From Auanema rhodensis (taxonomy: Eukaryota; Animalia; Nematoda), in the NCBI GenBank assembly GCA_964057225.1, contig OZ059899.1:2914001-2978000 (forward strand): a stretch of DNA of 64,000 bases, in the 5' to 3' direction. Below, piece by piece: positions 39,501 through 50,500 of this stretch; the stretch's first letter is position 1; every line of letters starts with the position of its first letter. The notes below the pieces were generated by a model. The model was not told the DNA's origin. It worked only from the letters and a program-made list of their open reading frames with translations, and searched no databases. The translations under genes and the position numbers were made by a program.

Positions 39501-42500
39501 TTAAAAATGCACCGAGATATCAACTGATATAAGTTCACACTTATATCCTCGATTTTCACCCTGAAGAATTAATTTTTTCGTTGAATAACATTGTCCATCG
39601 TCTTTGCCTTAAAAAAAGGAATCTAAAAACATCTACTTTTTGCTAAATTATTTTGAAATTTTTCAAGAAAATTTTTGTCAAAATGTTTTTGGAAGCAATG
39701 TTGAGTGTACATGGAAACTCAACATACACTAATGCATCATTTTTCAAACGATCATAACTAATTTTTGTATTAAGCGTTTCTCAATATAGTATAGTGCATT
39801 CGATGCGGATTTTTAAGCTGCGTCGATCTGTGTTATCAGATTTGCGCTAGCTTAAAAATGCACCGAGATATCAACTGATATAAGTTCACACTTATATCCT
39901 CGATTTTCACCCTGAAGAATTAATTTTTTCGTTGAATAACATTGTCCATCGTCTTTGCCTTGAAAAAAGAAATCTAAAAACATCTACTTTTTGCTAAATT
40001 ATTTTGAAATTTTTAGAAAAAATTTTTGTCAAAATGTTTTTGGAAGCAATGTTGAGTGTACATGGTAACTCAACATACACTAATGCATCATTTTTCAAAC
40101 GATCATAACTTATTTTTGTATTAAGCGTTTCTCAATGTAGTATAGTGCATTCGATGCGGATTTTTAAGCTGCGTCGATCTGTGTTATCAGATTTGCGCTA
40201 GCTTAAAAATGAACCGAGATATCAACTGATATAAGTTCACACTTATATCCTCGATTTTCGCCCTGAAGAATTAATTTTTTCGTTGAATAACATTGTCCAT
40301 CGTCTTTGCCTTAAAAAAAGGAATCTAAAAACATCTACTTTTTGCATAATTATTTTGAAATTTTTCGAGAAAATTTTTGTCAAAATGTTTTTGGAAGCAA
40401 TGTTGAGTGTACATGGAAACTCAACATACACTAATGCATCATTTTTCAAACGATCATAACTTATTTTTGTATTAAGCGTTTCTCAATGTAGTATAGTGCA
40501 TTCGATGCGGATTTTTAAGTTGCGTCGATCTGTGTTATCAGATTTGCGCTAGCTTAAAAATGCACCGAGATATCAACTGATATAAGTTCACACTTATATC
40601 CTCGATTTTCATCCTGAAGAATTAATTTTTTAGTTGAATAACATTGTCCATCGTCTTTGCCTTGAGAAAAGAAATCTAAAAACATCTACTTTTTGCTAAA
40701 TTATCTTGAAATTTTTCGAAAAAATTTTTGTCAAAATGTTTTTGGAAGCAATGTTGAGTGTACATGGAAACTCAACATACACTAATGCATCATTTTTCAA
40801 ACGATCATAACTAATTTTTGTATTAAGCGTTACTCAATATAGTATAGTGCATTCGATGCGGATTTTTAAGCTGCGTCGATCTGTGTTATCAGATTTGCGC
40901 TAGCTTAAAAATGCACCGAGATATCAACTGATATAAGTTCACACTTATATCTTCGATTTTCACCCTGAAGAATTAATTTTTTCGTTGAATAACATTGTCC
41001 ATCGTCTTTGCCTTAAAAAAAGGAATCTAAAAACATCTACTTTTTGCATAATTATTTTGAAATTTTTCGAGAAAATTTTTGTCAAAATGTTTTTGGAAGC
41101 AATGTTGAGTGTACATGGAAACTCAACATACACTAATGCATCATTTTTCAAACGATCATAACTAATTTTTGTATTAAGCGTTTCTCAATGTAGTATAGTG
41201 CATTCGATGCGGATTTTTAAGCTGCGTCGATCTGTGTTATCAGATTTGCGCTAGCTTAAAAATGAACCGAGATATCAACTGATATAAGTTCACACTTATA
41301 TCCTCGATTTTCGCCCTGAAGAATTAATTTTTTCGTTGAATAACATTGTCCATCGTCTTTGCCTTAAAAAAAGGAATCTAAAAACATCTACTTTTTGCTA
41401 AATTATTTTGAAATTTTTCGAGAAAATTTTTGTCAAAATGTTTTTGGAAGCAAAAATAACATTGTACATCGTCTTTGCCTTGAAGAATGGAATCTAAAAA
41501 CATCTACTTTTTGCTAAATTATTTTGAAATTTTTCGAAAAAATTTTTGTCAAAATGTTTTTGGAAGCAATGTTGAGTGTACATGGAAACTCAACATACAC
41601 TAATGCATCATTTTTCAAACGATCATAACTAATTTTTGTATCAAGCGTTTCTCAATGTAGTTTAGTGCATTCGATGCGGATTTTTAAGCTGCGTCGATCT
41701 GTGTTATCAGATTTGCGCTAGCTTAAAAATGCACCGAGATATCAACTGATATAAGTTCACACTTATATCCTCGATTTTCACCCTGAAGGAATAATTTTCT
41801 CGTTGAATAACATTGTCCGCGCTAGCTTAAAAATGCACCGAGATATCAACTGATATAAGTTCACACTTATATCCTCGATTTTCACCCTGAAGAATTAATT
41901 TTTTCGTTGAATAACATTGTCCATCGTCTTTGCCTTAAAAAAAGGAATCTAAAAACATCTACTTTTTGCTAAATTATTTTGAAATTTTTCGAGAAAATTT
42001 TTGTCAAAATGTTTTTGGAAGCAAAAATAACATTGTACATCGTCTTTGCCTTGAAAAATGGAATCTAAAAACATCTACTTTTTGCTAAATTATTTTGAAA
42101 TTTTTCGAAAAAATTTTTGTCAAAATGTTTTTGGAAGCAATGTTGAGTGTACATGGAAACTCAACATACACTAATGCATCATTTTTCAAACGATCATAAC
42201 TAATTTTTGTATCAAGCGTTTCTCAATGTAGTTTAGTGCATTCGATGCGGATTTTTAAGCTGCGTCGATCTGTGTTATCAGATTTGCGCTAGCTTAAAAA
42301 TGCACCGAGATATCAACTGATATAAGTTCACACTTATATCCTCGATTTTCACCCTGAAGGAATAATTTTCTCGTTGAATAACATTGTCCGCGCTAGCTTA
42401 AAAATGCACCGAGATATCAACTGATATAAGTTCACACTTATATCCTCGATTTTCACCCTGAAGAATTAATTTTTTCGTTGAATAACATTGTCCATCGTCT

Positions 42501-44850
42501 TTGCCTTAAAAAAAGGAATCTAAAAACATCTACTTTTTGCTAAATTATTTTGAAATTTTTCGAGAAAATTTTTGTCAAAATGTTTTTGGAAGCAAAAATA
42601 ACATTGTACATCGTCTTTGCCTTGAAAAATGGAATCTAAAAACATCTACTTTTTGCTAAATTATTTTGAAATTTTTCGAAAAAATTTTTGTCAAAATGTT
42701 TTTGGAAGCAATGTTGAGTGTACATGGAAACTCAACATACACTAATGCATCATTTTTCAAGCGATCATAACTAATTTTTGTATCAAGCGTTTCTCAATGT
42801 AGTTTAGTGCATTCGATGCGGATTTTTAAGCTGCGTCGATCTGTGTTATCAGATTTGCGCTAGCTTAAAAATGCACCGAGATATCAACTGATATAAGTTC
42901 ACACTTATATCCTCGATTTTCACCCTGAAGGAATAATTTTCTCGTTGAATAACATTGTCCGCGCTAGCTTAAAAATGCACCGAGATATCAACTGATATAA
43001 GTTCACACTTATATCCTCGATTTTCACCCTGAAGAATTAATTTTTTCGTTGAATAACATTGTCCATCGTCTTTGCCTTAAAAAAAGGAATCTAAAAACAT
43101 CTACTTTTTGCTAAATTATTTTGAAATTTTTCAAGAAAATTTTTGTCAAAATGTTTTTGGAAGCAATGTTGAGTGTACATGGAAACTCAACATACACTAA
43201 TGCATCATTTTTCAAACGATCATAACTAATTTTTGTATTAAGCGTTTCTCAATATAGTATAGTGCATTCGATGCGGATTTTTAAGCTGCGTCGATCTGTG
43301 TTATCAGATTTGCGCTAGCTTAAAAATGCACCGAGATATCAACTGATATAAGTTCACACTTATATCCTCGATTTTCACCCTGAAGAATTAATTTTTTCGT
43401 TGAATAACATTGTCCATCGTCTTTGCCTTGAAAAAAGAAATCTAAAAACATCTACTTTTTGCTAAATTATTTTGAAATTTTTAGAAAAAATTTTTGTCAA
43501 AATGTTTTTGGAAGCAATGTTGAGTGTACATGGTAACTCAACATACACTAATGCATCATTTTTCAAACGATCATAACTTATTTTTGTATTAAGCGTTTCT
43601 CAATGTAGTATAGTGCATTCGATGCGGATTTTTAAGCTGCGTCGATCTGTGTTATCAGATTTGCGCTAGCTTAAAAATGAACCGAGATATCAACTGATAT
43701 AAGTTCACACTTATATCCTCGATTTTCGCCCTGAAGAATTAATTTTTTCGTTGAATAACATTGTCCATCGTCTTTGCCTTAAAAAAAGGAATCTAAAAAC
43801 ATCTACTTTTTGCATAATTATTTTGAAATTTTTCGAGAAAATTTTTGTCAAAATGTTTTTGGAAGCAATGTTGAGTGTACATGGAAACTCAACATACACT
43901 AATGCATCATTTTTCAAACGATCATAACTTATTTTTGTATTAAGCGTTTCTCAATGTAGTATAGTGCATTCGATGCGGATTTTTAAGCTGCGTCGATCTG
44001 TGTTATCAGATTTGCGCTAGCTTAAAAATGCACCGAGATATCAACTGATATAAGTTCACACTTATATCCTCGATTTTCATCCTGAAGAATTAATTTTTTA
44101 GTTGAATAACATTGTCCATCGTCTTTGCCTTGAGAAAAGAAATCTAAAAACATCTACTTTTTGCTAAATTATCTTGAAATTTTTCGAAAAAATTTTTGTC
44201 AAAATGTTTTTGGAAGCAATGTTGAGTGTACATGGAAACTCAACATACACTAATGCATCATTTTTCAAACGATCATAACTAATTTTTGTATTAAGCGTTA
44301 CTCAATATAGTATAGTGCATTCGATGCGGATTTTTAAGCTGCGTCGATCTGTGTTATCAGATTTGCGCTAGCTTAAAAATGCACCGAGATATCAACTGAT
44401 ATAAGTTCACACTTATATCTTCGATTTTCACCCTGAAGAATTAATTTTTTCGTTGAATAACATTGTCCATCGTCTTTGCCTTAAAAAAAGGAATCTAAAA
44501 ACATCTACTTTTTGCATAATTATTTTGAAATTTTTCGAGAAAATTTTTGTCAAAATGTTTTTGGAAGCAATGTTGAGTGTACATGGAAACTCAACATACA
44601 CTAATGCATCATTTTTCAAACGATCATAACTAATTTTTGTATTAAGCGTTTCTCAATGTAGTATAGTGCATTCGATGCGGATTTTTAAGCTGCGTCGATC
44701 TGTGTTATCAGATTTGCGCTAGCTTAAAAATGAACCGAGATATCAACTGATATAAGTTCACACTTATATCCTCGATTTTCGCCCTGAAGAATTAATTTTT
44801 TCGTTGAATAACATTGTCCATCGTCTTTGCCTTAAAAAAAGGAATCTAAA
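37850..44850 (+). repeat. Tandem block duplication, 3468 bp (3 x 571 + 5 x 351), two copies, boundaries approximate
   Basis: Private variants recur exactly 3468 bp apart: 'gaagaatgg' G at 38017/41485 and 'aagcgatc' G at 39293/42761. The ORF pairs 40243/43711 and 40960/44428 show the same spacing. Confidence 0.9.
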
Positions 44851-47531
44851 AACATCTACTTTTTGCATAATTATTTTGAAATTTTTCGAGAAAATTTTTG
44901 TCAAAATGTTTTTGGAAGCAATGTTGAGTGTACATGGAAACTCAACATACACTAATGCATCATTTTTCAAACGATCATAACTTATTTTTGTATTAAGCGT
45001 TTCTCAATGTAGTATAGTGCATTCGATGCGGATTTTTAAGCTGCGTCGATCTGTGTTATCAGATTTGCGCTAGCTTAAAAATGCACCGAGATATCAACTG
45101 ATATAAGTTCACACTTATATCCTCGATTTTCATCCTGAAGAATTAATTTTTTAGTTGAATAACATTGTCCATCGTCTTTGCCTTAAGAAAAGAAATCTAA
45201 AAACATCTACTTTTTGCTAAATTATCTTGAAATTTTTCGAAAAAATTTTTGTCAAAATGTTTTTGGAAGCAATGTTGAGTGTACATGGAAACTCAACATA
45301 CACTAATGCATCATTTTTCAAACGATCATAACTAATTTTTGTATTAAGCGTTTCTCAATGTAGTATAGTGCATTCGATGCGGATTTTTAAGCTGCGTCGA
45401 TCTGTGTTATCAGATTTGCTCTAGCTTAAAAATGCACCGAGATATCAACTGATATAAGTTCACACTTATATCCTCGATTTTCACCCTGAAGAATTAATTT
45501 TTTCGTTGAATAACATTGTCCATCGTCTTTGCCTTGAAAAAAGGAATCTAAAAACATCTACTTTTTGCTAAATTATTTTGAAATTTTTCGAAAAAATTTT
45601 TGTCAAAATGTTTTTGGAAGCAATGTTGAGTGTACATGGAAACTCAACATACACTAATGCATCATTTTTCAAACGATCATAACTAATTTTTGTATTAAGC
45701 GTTTCTCAATGTAGTGTAGTGCATTCGATGCGGATTTTTAAGCTGCGTCGATCTGTGTTATCAGATTTGCGCTAGCTTAAAAATGCACCGAGATATCAAC
45801 TGATATAAGTTCACACTTATATCCTCGATTTTCACCCTGAAGAATTAATTTTTTCGTTGAATAACATTGTCCATCGTCTTTGCCTTAAAAAAAGGAATCT
45901 AAAAACATCTACTTTTTGCATAATTATTTTGAAATTTTTCGAGAAAATTTTTGTCAAAATGTTTTTGGAAGCAATGTTGAGTGTACATGGAAACTCAACA
46001 TACACTAATGCATCATTTTTCAAACGATCATAACTTATTTTTGTATTAAGCGTTTCTCAATGTAGTATAGTGCATTCTATGCGGATTTTTAAGCTGCGTC
46101 GATCTGTGTTATCAGATTTGCGCTAGCTTAAAAATGCACCGAGATATCAACTGATATAAGTTCACACTTATATCCTCGATTTTCATCCTGAAGAATTGAT
46201 TTTTTAGTTGAATAACATTGTCCATCGTCTTTGCCTTGAGAAAAGAAATCTAAAAACATCTACTTTTTGCTAAATTATCTTGAAATTTTTCGAAAAAATT
46301 TTTGTCAAAATGTTTTTGGAAGCAATGTTGAGTGTACATGGAAACTCAACATACACTAATGCATCATTTTTCAAACGATCATAACTAATTTTTGTATTAA
46401 GCGTTTCTCAATATAGTATAGTGCATTCGATGCGGATTTTTAAGCTGCGTCGATCTGTGTTATCAGATTTGCTCTAGCTTAAAAATGCACCGAGATATCA
46501 ACTGATATAAGTTCACACTTATATCCTCGATTTTCACCCTGAAGAATTGATTTTTTCGTTGAATAACATTGTCCATCGTCTTTGCCTTGAAAAAAGGAAT
46601 CTAAAAACATCTACTTTTTGCTAAATTATTTTGAAATTTTTCGAAAAAATTTTTGTCAAAATGTTTTTGGAAGCAATGTTGAGTGTACATGGAAACTCAA
46701 CATACACTAATGCATCATTTTTCAAACGATCATAACTAATTTTTGTATTAAGCGTTTCTCAATATAGTATAGTGCATTCGATGCGGATTTTTAAGCTGCG
46801 TCGATCTGTGTTATCAGATTTGCGCTAGCTTAAAAATGCACCGAGATATCAACTGATATAAGTTCACACTTATATCCTCGATTTTCACCCTGAAGAATTG
46901 TTTTTTTCGTCGAATAACATTGTCCATCGTCTTTGCCTTGAAAAATGGAATCTAAAAACATCTACTTTTTGCTAAATTATTTTGAAATTTTTCGAAAAAA
47001 TTTTTGTCAAAATGTTTTTGGAAGCAATGTTGAGTGTACATGGAAACTCAACATACACTAATGCATCATTTTTCAAACGATCATAACTAATTTTTGTATT
47101 AAGCGTTTCTCAATATAGTATAGTGCATTCGATGCGGATTTTTAAGCTGCGTCGATCTGTGTTATCAGATTTGCGCTAGCTTAAAAATGCACCGAGATAT
47201 CAACTGATATAAGTTCACACTTATATCCTCGATTTTCACCCTGAAGAATTGTTTTTTTCGTCGAATAACATTGTCCATCGTCTTTGCCTTGAAAAATGGA
47301 ATCTAAAAACATCTACTTTTTGCTAAATTATTTTGAAATTTTTCGAAAAAATTTTTGTCAAAATGTTTTTGGAAGCAATGTTGAGTGTACATGGAAACTC
47401 AACATACACTAATGCATCATTTTTCAAACGATCATAACTAATTTTTGTATTAAGCGTTTCTCAATGTAGTATAGTGCATTCGATGCGGATTTTTAAGCTG
47501 CGTCGATCTGTGTTATCAGATTTGCGCTAGC

Positions 47532-50500
47532 TTAAAAATGCACCGAGATATCAACTGATATAAGTTCACACATATATACCCGATTTTCACCCTGAAGAAT
47601 TAATTTTTTCGTTGAATAACATTGTCCATCGTTTTTGCCTTGAAAAAAGGAATCTAAAAACATCTACTTTTTGCTAAATTATTTTGAAATGTTTCGAAAA
47701 AATTTTTGTCAAAATGTTTTTGGAAGCAATGTTGAGTGTACATGGAAACTCAACATACACTAATGCATCATTTTTCAAACGATCATAACTAATTTTTGTA
47801 TTAAGCGTTTCTCAATGTAGTATAGTGCATTCGATGCGGATTTTTAAGCTGCGTCGATCTGTGTTATCAGATTTGCGCTAGCTTAAAAATGCACCGAGAT
47901 ATCAACTGATATAAGTTCACACATATATACCCGATTTTCACCCTGAAGAATTAATTTTTTCGTTGAATAACATTGTCCATCGTTTTTGCCTTGAAAAAAG
48001 GAATCTAAAAACATCTACTTTTTGCTAAATTATTTTGAAATGTTTCGAAAAAATTTTTGTCAAAATGTTTTTGGAAGCAATGTTGAGTGTACATGGAAAC
48101 TCAACATACACTAATGCATCATTTTTCAAACGATCATAACTAATTTTTGTATTAAGCGTTTCTCAATGTAGTATAGTGCATTCGATGCGGATTTTTAAGC
48201 TGCGTCGATCTGTGTTATCAGATTTGCGCTAGCTTAAAAATGCACCGAGATATCAACTGATATAAGTTCACACATATATACCCGATTTTCACCCTGAAGA
48301 ATTAATTTTTTCGTTGAATAACATTGTCCATCGTTTTTGCCTTGAAAAAAGGAATCTAAAAACATCTACTTTTTGCTAAATTATTTTGAAATTTTTCGAA
48401 AAAATTTTTGTCAAAATGTTTTTGGAAGCAATGTTGAGTGTACATGGAAACTCAACATACACTAATGCATCATTTTTCAAACGATCATAACTAATTTTTG
48501 TATTAAGCGTTTCTCAATGTAGTATAGTGCATTCGATGCGGATTTTTAAGCTGCGTCGATCTGTGTTATCAGATTTGCGCTAGCTTAAAAATGCACCGAG
48601 ATATCAACTGATATAAGTTCACACTTATATCCTCGATTTTCACCCTGAAGAAATAATTTTTTCGTTGAATAACATTGTCCATCGTCTTTGCCTTGAAAAA
48701 TGGAATCTAAAAACATCTACTTTTTGCTAAATTATTTTGAAATTTTTCGAAAACATTTTTGTCAAAATGTTTTTGGAAGCAATGTTGAGTGTACATGGAA
48801 ACTCAACATACACTAATGCATCATTTTTCAAACGATCATAACTAATTTTTGTATTAAGCGTTTCTCAATGTAGTATAGTGCATTCGATGCGGATTTTTAA
48901 GCTGCGTCGATCTGTGTTATCAGATTTGCGCTAGCTTAAAAATGCACCGAGATATCAACTGATATAAGTTCACACTTATATCCTCGATTTTCACCCTGAA
49001 GAAATAATTTTTTCGTTGAATAACATTGTCCATCGTCTTTGCCTTGAAAAAAGGAATCTAAAAACATCTACTTTTTGCTAAATTATTCTGAAATTTTTCG
49101 AAAAAATTTTTGTCAAAATGTTTTTGGAAGCAATGTTGAGTGTACATGGAAACTCAACATACACTAATGCATCATTTTTCAAACGATCATAACTAATTTT
49201 TGTATTAAGCGTTTCTCAATGTAGTATAGTGCATTCGATGCGGATTTTTAAGCTGCGTCGATCTGTGTTATCAGATTTGCGCTAGCTTAAAAATGCACCG
49301 AGATATCAACTGATATAAGTTCACACATATATACCCGATTTTCACCCTGAAGAATTAATTTTTTCGTTGAATAACATTGTCCATCGTTTTTGCCTTGAAA
49401 AAAGGAATCTAAAAACATCTACTTTTTGCTAAATTATTTTGAAATGTTTCGAAAAAATTTTTGTCAAAATGTTTTTGGAAGCAATGTTGAGTGTACATGG
49501 AAACTCAACATACACTAATGCATCATTTTTCAAACGATCATAACTAATTTTTGTATTAAGCGTTTCTCAATGTAGTATAGTGCATTCGATGCGGATTTTT
49601 AAGCTGCGTCGATCTGTGTTATCAGATTTGCGCTAGCTTAAAAATGCACCGAGATATCAACTGATATAAGTTCACACTTATATCCTCGATTTTCACCCTG
49701 AAGAAATAATTTTTTCGTTGAATAACATTGTCCATCGTCTTTGCCTTGAAAAAAGGAATCTAAAAACATCTACTTTTTGCTAAATTATTCTGAAATTTTT
49801 CGAAAAAATTTTTGTCAAAATGTTTTTGGAAGCAATGTTGAGTGTACATGGAAACTCAACATACACTAATGCATCATTTTTCAAACGATCATAACTAATT
49901 TTTGTATTAAGCGTTTCTCAATGTAGTATAGTGCATTCGATGCGGATTTTTAAGCTGCGTCGATCTGTGTTATCAGATTTGCGCTAGCTTAAAAATGCAC
50001 CGAGATATCAACTGATATAAGTTCACACTTATATCCTCGATTTTCACCCTGAAGAAATAATTTTTTCGTTGAATAACATTGTCCATCGTCTTTGCCTTGA
50101 AAAAGGGAATCTAAAAACATCTACTTTTTGCTAAATTATTCTGAAATTTTTCGAAAAAATTTTTGTCAAAATGTTTTTGGAAGCAATGTTGAGTGTACAT
50201 GGAAACTCAACATACACTAATGCATCATTTTTCAAACGATCATAACTAATTTTTGTATTAAGCGTTTCTCAATGTAGTATAGTGCATTCGATGCGGATTT
50301 TTAAGCTGCGTCGATCTGTGTTATCAGATTTGCGCTAGCTTAAAAATGCACCGAGATATCAACTGATATAAGTTCACACATATATACCCGATTTTCACCC
50401 TGAAGAATTAATTTTTTCGTTGAATAACATTGTCCATCGTTTTTGCCTTGAAAAAAGGAATCTAAAAACATCTACTTTTTGCTAAATTATTTTGAAATGT

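Noticed and set aside
11639-46023. Repeated 63/68-aa ORF 'MKNDALVY...'
   Set aside because: It is an antisense frame of the same monomer with a TTG start, open only where a SNP removes a stop. It is useful as a haplotype marker but is not evidence of a gene.
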